64,000 nt of DNA from Eledone cirrhosa (taxonomy: Eukaryota): the NCBI GenBank assembly GCA_964016885.1, contig OZ024746.1, positions 9,424,001-9,488,000 on the forward strand, read 5' to 3'. The notes under the pieces are model-generated. The model did no database searches, was not told the DNA's origin, and saw nothing but the letters and a program-made list of their open reading frames with translations. Shown here one piece after another: positions 1 through 12,681 of the stretch. Every line of letters begins with the position of its first letter. Position 1 is the first letter of the stretch. The translations under genes and the position numbers were made by a program.

Positions 1-120
1 TATACACATATAAACGTATGCCTTACATCTTCTATACTTTTAAGTATTTTCAGATGCATACTATAATATACTACACTATGGTGTCATTTATAGTACAATT
101 ATTACTGCCAAATTACACTA

Positions 121-198
<78 letters not shown>

Positions 199-435
199 AT
201 AAATAAAATAAAATAACAAGAGGCTGGACTGGTGTAAATCCTTGAAAGGTTTATTATACTATGATAATTTCAATGACCGGGTTCCATATGAATCCGGTGA
301 TATCATCAAGTATTGGAATATAACAAAGGAATATGTAAAAAACCATGGGTCCGAAAAATTAGAGACAGAGACAAAGAGGACGACTGACCAACTAGCTGCC
401 TTCACCTCGGCCAGTCGCCCTCAAAGTGAACCTAA

Positions 436-488
<53 letters not shown>

Positions 489-493
<5 letters not shown>

Positions 494-778
494 GTTTCTA
501 CTTTAGGCACAAGGCCAGCAATTACCCAGTGCGTTACTGGTACTTTATTTCATCGACCCCGTAAGGATGAAAGGCAAAGTCAACCTCGGCGGGATTTGAA
601 CTCAGATCGTAAAGGGACGTAACTATGCTGGAAAGCATGGCGTCCGACCCTCTACCGATACTGCCAATCCACCTGTTTCTACTTTAGGCACAAGGCCAGC
701 AATAACCCAGTACATTACTGGTACTTTATTGTATCGACCCCGTAAGGATGAAAGGCAAAGTTAACCTCGGCGGGATTT
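489..778 (-). mobile_element. SINE family 1, full copy plus tandem partial copy
   Basis: Reverse complement of the 54482 sequence. Confidence 0.85.
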
Positions 779-816
779 ATATAATGATAAAATGTAGAGA
801 GGAAGCACACGAGTGA

Positions 817-924
<108 letters not shown>

Positions 925-1708
925 ACAGGGAGAAAGAGACGATTATTAGGAAGAAACCGGTAATAGACAATTATTAAAAATATATATATAAATAAATGCC
1001 ATTGTTAAATAATAAATAAATCAACTAATACCTTAACACTTCACACAAAGTAAAACATTTCGTTTTAATCATTTTCTAACCCAGAAAAAAGAGAGAGAGA
1101 AATAAAAAAGGAAAAAAATATTTTTTTCTTCCTAATAATCGTCTCTTTCTCCCCTGTTAAATCGCGGGTAACCACAGTAAGTAAGGTACTCAATACATAG
1201 CAGAGTATAAATATTTAATATAGAAATGGCTTCTACAAGACTAAAACTGTTTCATTCGGGAGAAATCCTAATATGTATGTTAGAGAGAGGGGGGAGAGGG
1301 AGGAGTCCGTGGTCCTGAGATCGGGGAGACCACTAATCGTGGGAGTACTCAATGCATAAATAGTTGCACAATGGGTATTGAACACACAAGCCGAAACCAC
1401 TTGGTGCCGCAGTGTGTGTGTGTGTATGAGTTGTGTTATGTTATTGTGTCAGAGTGTATACGTGTGTCCCCGCAACGCACTGTATCCTTGAGCAAGTCAC
1501 ATTATCATTGCCCCAGTCCAATCAACTGACAAATATCAGTTGTTCCTGTATCACGTTGAATCTTATCAAAACTTATATTATGGTTACACGTGTTTGTGAA
1601 ATACGCAAAACTACGTATAGGATCATTTCACGACAAAGCTGTACTATTGGTCAAACAACTGAAACACTTGTCGTCAGAGCCTTTGAATGTCTAGTACACA
1701 CACATACT

Positions 1709-1788
<80 letters not shown>

Positions 1789-2195
1789 TACACACACACA
1801 CACACACACACACAGCGGGGTCATATGCCTGCATTTGTGTGTTGCTCTACACATTTTCTTATTTGGAGATGTTTGCATAGAGATTTCCCTTATATAGTCC
1901 AACAATTTCAACTTTCAATTGTTTGTATCTCCAATATTTAACATATACCAATATTCTTGTCATCGCTTATATATGAATCAAGAGTTTATTTTTTCCATTT
2001 TTCTATCACTATTTCCGAACTAAATCGCTACTATACCAACTCTGTTGCCAATTCCGTATAGAGCAACACAAAATAACAAACCAGTATGTAATGGGATGTG
2101 TTAGAACGTAGCTTATAATGTTGATTGCAAATTATAATATATATATATATATATAATATATATACATATATGTATATATATATATATATATATTT

Positions 2196-2402
2196 AACGA
2201 AGGAAATGTGGTAAGGAATCAGGTGGACCATAACGCTCCAAAGTACTCAATACTTAGGGTAGTAGAGTGGGTAATAGGAACGAGTAGGACCCCGACGGCT
2301 GAGCTCAAGCCGTTTCGACGGCTAATTCTGCACTTTTTTTTTAGTCCAGAATTAGCCGTCGAAACGGCTTGAGCTCAGCCGTCGGGGTCCTACTCGTTCC
2401 TA
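2196..2402. mobile_element. Family C fold-back element in (TA)n
   Basis: Inverted arms ~2276-2330/2347-2402. Copies at 15346-15545 and 29050-29245, truncated copies at 44135-44265 and 58320-58450. Confidence 0.8.
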
Positions 2403-2409
2403 TATATAC

Positions 2410-2447
<38 letters not shown>

Positions 2448-2547
2448 TTTGAGTATGTGTTGGTTGTTTACCGACACCTCAGTATGCAGGTTGGAGCACT
2501 CAACGAAGTACGCAGGTTGGTTTGTTCACTCCAGAGTAATGTAAAAT

Positions 2548-2737
2548 AATTGTTTCTACTTTAGGCACAAGGTCAGCAATTACTCAGTGCATTACTGGTA
2601 CTTTATTTTATCGACCCCGTAAGGATGAAAGGCAAAGTCAACCTCGGCGGGATTTGAACTCAGATCGTAAAGGGACGTAACTATGCTGGAAAGCATGGCG
2701 TCTGACCCTCTACCGATACTGCCAATCCACCGCCCTT
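2548..2737 (-). mobile_element. SINE family 1
   Basis: Full-length match, with GTAAAATAAT on both sides as a probable TSD. Confidence 0.9.
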
Positions 2738-2794
2738 GTAAAATAATATGCGTAAGTCAAACACGTTAAATTTGGCTTCGTTTATTCTAATTCG

Positions 2795-2848
2795 CTGCTA
2801 TATATATTTCAGTGACAGCCATTATTGGCTGTGACCTCATCGGGCAGT
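2795..2848 (-). ncRNA. Hammerhead family F copy with mutated core (CCGATGA)
   Basis: Reverse complement CTGC-CCGATGA-GGTCACAGCCA..TGGCTGTCACT-GAAA-TATATA-TA-GCAG. Helix II covaries with the 29337 copy. Confidence 0.7.
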
Positions 2849-2975
2849 AAGAATTAAGGCAGAAAAAACAGGAAAACATGATGTTGTAATGTGTTCTACC
2901 CTGTTAATTCTTCGATGTTTCCAGCTCCTGGGTGTGTTGTTAGACCTCAAAGGAACTTGTAATTACAATCGACCT

Positions 2976-3062
<87 letters not shown>

Positions 3063-4214
3063 GGTCAATTGTAATTGCAAGGTTCCTTGCTTCATGAAAT
3101 ACTATGAGTTTGCGCTTGGCAAGTTCCTCTACAAGCCTCCATTTAGCACGCTGCTAATGTTCTCTAAGAGATAGGCAATAGCGAATACAGGTTGGTACCA
3201 GAGTCGTAGCCTCTCATTATTCGAGCTGAGTGGATTGATGGTACATGAAATAAACTGCCGTAAACACGGTTACACCTTCAGTGCTAACCTGGGCTAAACA
3301 ACAACATTAAAACACCAAAATATAATTTGATGGAAACATAGCAAAGATTTTAAAATATCCCAAAACTTGAATGGTATCTATATATATTGTATGGTCTTGT
3401 AACTCCTGTGGTAGTTGTAGAAGCGCCGAATTGATATACGGTGTCTCTAGGGCATTTTAAAACCTGGCGGAGCCCATCTCTTCTCAAGCTCTGAATATTT
3501 CTTCCAGAGAAAGATAGTGACTGAGACAAAGATATAGAGGACAAAAGGCCCCCAGTAATAAACTGGTATTTTTTTTTACCGACCTTGAATAGATGAAAGG
3601 CAAAGTTGACCTCGGCAGAATTTGAACTCAGAAAGTACATAGAGCCGAAACAAATACCGCAAATCATTCTAACCGAAATTCTAACGACTCTGCCAATTCG
3701 GAACAATTATTCTGTACTGTATATAAAATAATCGCTATCACATCTCTTCCTCCTTTCAGATCTCATATTAACATCAGGATTTATGACTATTTAAAATATC
3801 AACAATTTGAACACAGTCCAATATGAACTAATTTTTGTTATCATTCAACTTGAGTAAAATAGCAGCCAGATCACCGTCTTAAGAAAGGAAGAACACATCA
3901 GAAAATGTAGTCTTTATATGGTCACGGTTGGAACGATTTGATCATATAAATCTGACTTGGGACTCAACGTTGTTCTTGGTAGGGTTGTTTATCACTAAAT
4001 TAGCCATTATTGAGCTGACCTATTATCAAAGACAGTCGTGTCCACAGTCTAATGGTCTTATACTGTCTTCACTTAAGATGTAGATTCCGACGATGATTTG
4101 TGGTTGGTAATATTAATAATTGTTGCTACTTTTGGCACAAGGCCAACAATTATTCCAGTGTATTACTGGTACTTTATTTTATCGACCCCGTAAGGATGAA
4201 AGGCAAAGTTAAAA

Positions 4215-4438
4215 TAACAATCAACAGTCGACCGACTTTCGTCAAATCGAACCGAGGAAAGAATGTTTCCGTTGGTCTTTCAAATTGCTAATACTCTCTA
4301 TCGGTCGCAATTCCAGATAGAAGGAACAACGTGAAAGAAAGTGTCTTGCCCAAGGACACAACGTATCACCCGGTCCGGGAATCGAACTCTCAACCTCACG
4401 ATTGCAAATCCAATTCTCTAACCACTCAGCCACACGCC
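4215..4438 (-). mobile_element. tRNA-derived SINE family 2 (CORE-like domain)
   Basis: Reverse complement GGCTGAGTGGTTAGAG..GAGTTCGATTCCC..GTGTCCTTGGGCAAGACACTTT. Copies at 16843-17050 (+), 27395-27510 (-), 28638-28930 (+), 33050-33150 (+), 43975-44110 (-) and 60740-60850 (-). Confidence 0.8.
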
Positions 4439-4445
4439 AATAATA

Positions 4446-4632
4446 ATAATTGTTTCTACTTTTGACACAAGGCCAGCAATTATCCCAGTGCATTACTGGT
4501 ACTTTATTTAATCGAACCCGTAAGGATGAAAGGCAAAGTTAACTTCGGCGGGATTTGAACTCAGACGATAAAGAGCCGTAACTCTTTGCTGCAAAGCATG
4601 GCGTCCGACCCTCTACTGATACTGTCAATTCA
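4446..4632 (-). mobile_element. SINE family 1
   Basis: Full-length match, with CACACGCCAATAATAATAAT on both sides as a probable TSD. Confidence 0.85.
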
Positions 4633-4944
4633 CACGCCAATAATAATAATAGCGCAGGTAATTACTACCTTTATTATAATCAAAAGACACCGTTGATGAA
4701 ATATCATTTCTTTATTTGCCACAAGGTTGAGGTAGGTTGAGGACATTACAAGAATAAAACCTACTGAAAACACCTGTTCCCATCCGGTGACTAAATACCG
4801 GAAAAAAATCAACGCCATCATAATAATCATAGTTATTATTATTTTTATTATTAGATTTACTTACGCAAATAATGTGGCAAATACTGGCGGCCATTTTGTG
4901 AATGGTTGAACAGGTTTTAGTGGTGATAGAGCTGTTGTTGTTTG

Positions 4945-5557
4945 AGTGGTGGTGGTGGTGGTGGTGGTGGTGGTGGTGGTGGTGGTGGTGGTGGTGGTGG
5001 AGCTGCTGTTGTTGTTTGAGTGGTAGTGGTGGTGGTGTGGGGTGGATATTGGTGGTGGTGGTGGTGGTGGAGTTGCTGTTGTTTGTGTGGTGGTGGTGGT
5101 GGTGGTGGTGGTGGAGCTGCTGTTGTTTTGGTGGTGGTGGTCGTGGTGGTGGTGGTGGTGGTGGTGCCGGTGCTGGTGGTGGTGGGGGTAGTGGTGGTAG
5201 TGGTCGTGGTGGTGGTCGTGGTGGTGGTGGTGGTGGTGGTGGTGGTGGTGGTGGTGGTGGTGGTGGTAGTGGTGGTGGTGCTGGTGCTGGTGCTGGTGTA
5301 GGTGGTGGTAGTGGTGGTGATGGTGGTGGTGGTGGTGCTGGTGCTGGTGTAGGTGGTGGTAGTGGTGGTGATGGTGGTGGTGGTGATGGTGGTGGCGGTA
5401 GTGGTGGTAACACATACGCACATACACAGAAATCCTATATGAGTTGATTCTTCCAATGATCAGAAACTCTTTTATGAGTTTCTGATCATTGGAAAGAAAA
5501 ATCAAAACAACAACAACAACGACAACGACGACAACAACAACAACGACAATGACAACG

Positions 5558-5591
<34 letters not shown>

Positions 5592-5898
5592 ACTGGATGG
5601 AGGATAGCTCGAAAGATCTCAAGTGGTGTCTCTTGAAATTGCTACGAGATAATGGAATATAAATGGAAGCGAAGTTCTATCATTTATTTATTTGGTTGTA
5701 ACATAAATTCCCGCCGTTTTTGGAAACAAACAAATTATAACAACGGCGGGAATCTATGTTACAACGCAACTATCAACTATCAATAGTCCCCCACTAACTA
5801 AAACCATATCCCTCGCCATTCCCTCACACCAACACCACCAACGATATCCTCCATCACCTCCCAAAATAGGAGACATCACATGCACCTCCACCTCTACA

Positions 5899-5931
<33 letters not shown>

Positions 5932-6156
5932 GCTGCTACTACTAGTAATACTACTACTACTGCTGCTGCTGCTACTGCTGCTGCTGTTGCTACTACTACT
6001 GCTGCTGCTGCTGCTGCTACTACTACTACTACTACTACTGCTGCTGCTGCTACTACTGCTGCTGCTGATGTTACTGCTGCTACTACTACTACTACTACTG
6101 CTACTACTATTAATACAAATACTGCTGTTACTACTACTGCTACTACTATTAATACA

Positions 6157-6229
<73 letters not shown>

Positions 6230-6235
6230 ATCCCC
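4945..6235. repeat. Compound trinucleotide arrays (GGT, ACA, ACT/GCT)
   Basis: Direct inspection. Confidence 0.95.
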
Positions 6236-7400
6236 CCACACACACACCACCACTAGCTTCAACTAACAAAATACCATCAGACATCTAACCAACCACAATC
6301 AACAGTAAAAACAACAGCTGCTATTACCAAACATGGTCACTAGTAAGAACCAACAATAACTACCATCAGCCATTGCTATCACCACTTTATATTATTCTTC
6401 CTATCAACAATTACCGCCATCTTGAGCCAGTGAGAGAGCTTGTACGTGGCCACACTGCTTGCTAGATATAGTAACCAAATCTTTCTTAAATAATACCTTA
6501 CTATCTTTAAGTAAAAGATATATTTGGTAATGTTTACATATGATATACTATGTTTCTTCAAATGATAGGATGTCCATGAATGGAGAACCTTTGATCTTAA
6601 GTCTGCTGGATAAGAGCTGACCTGGGGTTAAACAACGTGCACAATAGGATAGGACTGGTCGGATATTGTAGTCCTAGGTATATTATGTCTCAATAACTGA
6701 TAGCATTTTTATTAGTGGCATCCTTTAGATTATATGACTGCTGGATCAGGCCTGACTTGGAGCCTAAACAGCAAAAACGACGACATTTAGATATATTGCG
6801 AATACACACAAACTTATATTCTACAGTGACATAAATACGAACATTCATCTATATGTATACAGCTCAACCGTTTAAAATGGTAATCAATCAAGTGAATCTT
6901 GCTGAACAAAATGTTCGCGACCAACTTTCCACTGAAAGTACAAATTATCAACACATTCATATATACACATACGTAGATATTCATTTCTATGTAGGCATTC
7001 TTGAACTTATATTCGTGTGCAACCATTTAAAAATGCACAAATTTAGCTGATATATATTCATTTATATTCAAACGTTTGAATGTCCTGTAATAGGCTTGTG
7101 GAGACATATGAGGGCGTAAGAGTTGTTACATTTGGCATAAATCTCCGTACACAATGTTATATACCCATACAGTATAAGTATGTATATGCATATATATATA
7201 TACATAATATACATATATACTTACATATATGCATACATACAGAGACAAGCAGACGACATGCATACATGATGTTTGCTTCATTTTGTCAGAAACTATTTCT
7301 ACACCAAGTTTTATAACAGAGGTCCTACTAAACTTTTTGTATATATGAATATATATATATATATAAATGTATATATATTATATGTATATGTGTGTATGAA

Positions 7401-7451
<51 letters not shown>

Positions 7452-7491
7452 GATATTAATAAATGGAAACTATATTTATAAAATCATATTT

Positions 7492-7554
7492 ATTTCATTA
7501 TACATATTTCAGGGATACCACATTAAATTATGGTATGCCTTCATCAGACAAAAT
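7492..7554 (-). ncRNA. Hammerhead ribozyme, family A
   Basis: Reverse complement ATTTTGT-CTGATGA-AGGCATACCATA-ATTTAA-TGTGGTATCCCT-GAAA-TATGTA-TA-ATGAAAT. Confidence 0.8.
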
Positions 7555-7801
7555 ACAATATATAACAGTTTTACAAATAGCTTTGACGTACCCTTTTAAA
7601 ATACAACCATTACTTTTGGAGGCTGTCAGGATACCATGTTAACATGGTATCCTTGAAATATGTATAATAAAATAGATATGGTTTTATAAATATAGTTTCC
7701 ATTTGTTAATATCGTATGTTTACTCCAAAAACTTGTTGAGTGCTTTATATCAGTTATAAAAACATTTGCTTGTTGTATCCCAACAATTTAAATAGAACTT
7801 T

Positions 7802-7835
<34 letters not shown>

Positions 7836-8043
7836 CGTGTGAATGTATACATATATATATATGTGTGTGTGTATATTGTTTTATTTTAAGATGACCTCCC
7901 TTTACCCTTTTGGGGACATCGTGTATTTTATCTTTGGGAGGACTGCTGGATTTTCTAATCTACCAATCTCTTCTTAGCGCTGAGGGAGACCATCACCATT
8001 CTATTAGTGTCGATATAATTCTTATATCGATATTATTTGGGCA

Positions 8044-8170
8044 TCCACTGATGAGTTTATAAGAGCCCGCTTGTGTATAAAACTACGGATTATATACAAG
8101 TTTCTACATAACTTAAATGAAATTATTTATCCCAAATTGTAGAAATCTTATAACGAAACGGCCGTCTGGA
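8044..8170 (+). ncRNA. Type I hammerhead ribozyme, intact core, branched helix II
   Basis: TCCA-CTGATGA-GTTTATAAGA...TCTTATAAC-GAAA-CGGCCG-TC-TGGA. Helix I TCCA/TGGA, palindromic helix III ACGGCCGT, GTC cleavage triplet. Confidence 0.85.
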
Positions 8171-8481
8171 AGGAAAGAGATATTTATTTAATAATGTCTC
8201 ATAAAATAATACAACATGCTATCCACGAAATACTGATTAGTTAGCACCCCAAACACTAAATTGGGATAATACTTAGGTATATCCTAATGTTTGTTGAGTG
8301 AGATGGAGTTGGTCGGAGTATCGCTTAAGGCTTTCTCTGTTTATGTATTGTATATATATATATATGTGTGTGTGTGTACCTGTGTGTGTGTATTTATAGA
8401 TATATGTATGTATGTATACAACCATTCACATAAAACTATATACGTCCACACGTCCTATCATACACTAATGGAAAGTTATAA

Positions 8482-8546
<65 letters not shown>

Positions 8547-8576
8547 TACACACACACATCCACACACACGCACACA

Positions 8577-8641
<65 letters not shown>

Positions 8642-9062
8642 ACTTACCTAAATACTCCCACACAAAGATATAAAAACGTTAAGAGCAAGTCAGTTTAGCG
8701 ATGAAAACTATTCCTATATGCCAAGCAGACGACAATGACACACTGAAGTGTGACAGAAATACTGGATGGAACGGCACCACACAACCTATATTTTATTGAT
8801 CCAGCAACAGTGCAAACCCCGCTTGTCACAAGTTTCATTTCTCAACTCCACTAAAAACTATATTACATGTTGCATGTATGCAAAAGCTTGTCTTCTCCAT
8901 TATTCTCGGTCTCGTCTTCTCCCGCTCCGCCATTTTAGTCCTCACTTCCACTCTTATCGCTTTTTCTTTTTTCTGTATTTTGTTTTTGAATTTTGTTCTT
9001 GTTTTCTATTGTACTTCATCTTCTTCGTCGTTGTTTCACATCTTCATCTTCTTCGTCGAACT

Positions 9063-9297
9063 CATAATCATCATCATCATCATCACCATCACCATCACCA
9101 CCACCACCACCACTACCTCCACCACCACCACCACCACCACCACCACCACCAACACCACCACCAACACCACCACCACCACCATAATCATCACCACCACCAA
9201 CACCACCACCACAACCATCATCACCACCACCATCACCACCACCACCAACACCACTACCACCACCACCACCATCACCACCATCACCACCACCGCCACC

Positions 9298-9329
<32 letters not shown>

Positions 9330-9669
9330 CAACAACAGCACCACCACCACGACCACCACAACCACCACCACCATCATCACTACCACCACCACCATCATCA
9401 CCACTACCACCACCACCATCACCACCACCACCAACAACAACAACAACAGCACCACCACCACGACCACCACCACCATCATCACCACCACCAACACCACTAC
9501 CACCACCACCACCACCACCATCATCACTACCACCACCACCATCATCACCACTACCACCACCGCCACCACCACCATCATCACTACCACCACCACCATCATC
9601 ACCACTACCACCACCGCCACCATCACCACCACCACGACCACCAACAACAACAACAGCACCACCACCATG

Positions 9670-9701
<32 letters not shown>

Positions 9702-9837
9702 CACCACCACCACCACGACCACCACCACCACCACCACCATCATCACTACCACCACCACCATCATCACCACTACCACCACCGCCACCATCACCACCACCAC
9801 AACCACCAACAACAACAACAGCACCACCACCACGACC

Positions 9838-9869
<32 letters not shown>

Positions 9870-10373
9870 CAGCACCACCACCACGACCACCACCACCACC
9901 ACCACCATCATCACTACCACCACCACCATCATCACCACTACCACCACCGCCACCATCACCACCACCACCACCACCACCATCATCACGACCACCACCACCA
10001 CCATTGCCGCTGCTGCTGTCATTGCCGCTGCTGCTGTCATTGCTGCTGCTGCTGCTGCTGTCATTGCTGCTGCTGCTATTGTCGTTGTTTTTACAATAGC
10101 AGCTGTTGTTATTGTAGTTGTTGTTGTTGCTGCTGCTGTTGTTGTTGTTGTTGTTACTGTTGCCGGTTTTTGATACTGTTGCTGGTGTTGTTATTGTTGT
10201 TGTTACTGTTGCTGGTGTTGTTGTTGTTGTTGTTATTGTTGTTGTTACTGTTGCTGGTGTTGTTGTTGTTGTTATTGTTGTTGTTACTGTTGCTGGTGTT
10301 GTTGTTGTTGTTATTGTTGTTGTTACTGTTGCTGGTGTTGTTGTTGTTGTTATTGTTGTTGTACCTAGTGTTA

Positions 10374-10406
<33 letters not shown>

Positions 10407-10458
10407 ACTTAGTTTTATGTTGTTGTTGTTGTTGTTGTTGTTGTTATACCTAGTTTTA

Positions 10459-10498
<40 letters not shown>

Positions 10499-10904
10499 AT
10501 ACCTAGTTTTATGTTGTTGTTGTTGTTGCTGTTGTTGTTGTTGATAATTTTTGAGTTCAAATCCTGCCGAAGTTACCTTTCCCTTTCATCATTAAGGGGT
10601 CGATAAATTAAAGTACCAGTAATACACTGGGATCGATTTAATCGATTTTCCCTTACCCCCAAATTGTTAATCTTGTATCTAAATCAGAAGTTAACTTTGC
10701 CTTTCATCCTTACGGGGTCGATAAAATAAAGTACCAGTAATACACTGGGTAATTGCTGGCCTTGTGCCAAAAGTAGAAACAATTATTATTATTTTTTTTT
10801 TTTTTACTTGAAGGAAATTTGGCTGCTATTTCTGAAAGAAATATTCTTGTCATTGTAAATGTTTGCTGCTGCTACTGCTGTTGCTGCTACTGCTGCTACT
10901 GTTG

Positions 10905-10936
<32 letters not shown>

Positions 10937-11027
10937 GCTGTTGTTGGTGCTGTTGTTGTTGGTGCTGTTGTTGTTATTGGTGGTGGTGGTGGTGTTAGTT
11001 TGGTTATTGGTGATGTTGCTGTTGTTG

Positions 11028-11059
<32 letters not shown>

Positions 11060-12215
11060 GTTGTTGTTGTTGTTGGTGGTGCTGTTGTTGTTACTGCTGT
11101 TGCTGTTGTTGTTGTTGTTGTTGTTGGTGGTGGTGGTGCTGTTGTTGTTATTGGTGGTGGTGGTGGTGTTAGTTTGGTTATTGGTGATGTTGCTGTTGCT
11201 GTTGTTGTTGGTGCTGCTGTTGTTGTTGTTGGTGTTGTTGTTGTTACTGTCATCACTGTTGCTGAAGTTGGTGATGTTGCTGCTGCAGCTGACTGCACAC
11301 AACTGCCATGACAGTGACATGTTAACTGCTAAGGTAGCTTGGATTGCAAACGTAGCTTTATTAAACACCGCCACTTCTTACCTGGCTTTTTACCTGTTAT
11401 GTTGATGACAATGATGATGATGATGGTGGTGCTGGTGGTGGTGGTGGTGCTGGTGGTGGTGGTGGTGGTGGTGGACTGGTGGTGGGGGCTCCTTACCTGG
11501 CTTTTTACCTGTTATGTTGATGACAATGATGATGATGATGGTGGTGCTGGTGGTGGAGAAGGTGGTGGATGTGGTGGAGGTGGTGGTGGAGGTGGTGGTG
11601 GAGGTGGTGGTGGTGGTGGTGGTGGTGGTGGTGGTGGTGGTGGTGGTGGAGGTGGTGGAGGTGACAGTGGTGGTGGTGGTGAGGGAGGAGCAGTAATTAC
11701 GCCAGTTGCTGTCGTCATAGTCGTAGTAGTCGTTGTTAAGGAACGACGTCAACGAACGATGACAAAACAACGTTGACAACCGCCGTGGCTGATGATGGTG
11801 GTGGTGGTGGTGGTGGTGGTGGTGGTGGTGATGATGGTGGTGGTGGTGGTGGTGGTGGTGGTGGTGGTGGTGGTGATGATGGTGGTGGTGGTGGTCGTGG
11901 TGGTGGTGGTGGTGATGATGGTGGTGGTGGTGGTGGTGGTGGTGGTGGTGGTGGTGGTGGTGGTGGTGGTGGTGATGATGATGGTGGTGGTGGTGGTGGT
12001 GGTGATGGTGGTGGTGATGGTGGTGGTGGAGGTGATGATGATGGTGGTGGTGGTGGTGGTGGTGGAGGTGATGGTGGTGGTGGTGATGGTGGTGGTGATG
12101 GTGGAGGTGGTGGTGGTGGAGGTGGTGGTGGAGGAGGTGATAATGAGGTCAATGATGATAATGACGACAAATGTAACGATGACGATGATGACAGGTGATA
12201 ATGATGAGGATGGAG
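9063..12215. repeat. Compound trinucleotide region (CAC/CAA/CAT, TGT/TGC, GGT/GAT) with higher-order units
   Basis: Direct inspection. Interrupted by SINE pieces at 10550-10790. Confidence 0.95.
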
Positions 12216-12244
12216 GGGGAGAGGTGGCTATTAGGATTGTTCAT

Positions 12245-12246
12245 CT

Positions 12247-12292
<46 letters not shown>

Positions 12293-12329
12293 CTACATCC
12301 TCACTATCTCTCTCTCTCTCTCCACTACA

Positions 12330-12367
<38 letters not shown>

Positions 12368-12474
12368 CTACATCCTCACTATCTCTCTCTCTCTCCACTA
12401 CACCCTCTCTCTCTATCTCTCTCTCTCTCCACTACATCCTCACTATCTCTCTCTCTCTCTCCACTACACCCTCA

Positions 12475-12505
<31 letters not shown>

Positions 12506-12644
12506 CACTACATCCTCTCTCTCTCTCCACTACATCCTCTCTCCACTACACCCTCTCTCTCTCTCTCTCTTTCTCTCCACTACACCCTCTCTCTCTATCT
12601 CTCTCTCTCCACTACACCCTCTCTCTCTCTCCACTACATCCTCA

Positions 12645-12681
<37 letters not shown>

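Noticed and set aside
4712-6284. Poly-Pro/His/Thr/Ser ORFs
   Set aside because: Microsatellite translation artefacts.
8766-10412. 548-aa His/Cys/Leu-rich ORF and overlapping ORFs
   Set aside because: Trinucleotide repeats keep several frames open on both strands, with no domain or splice support.
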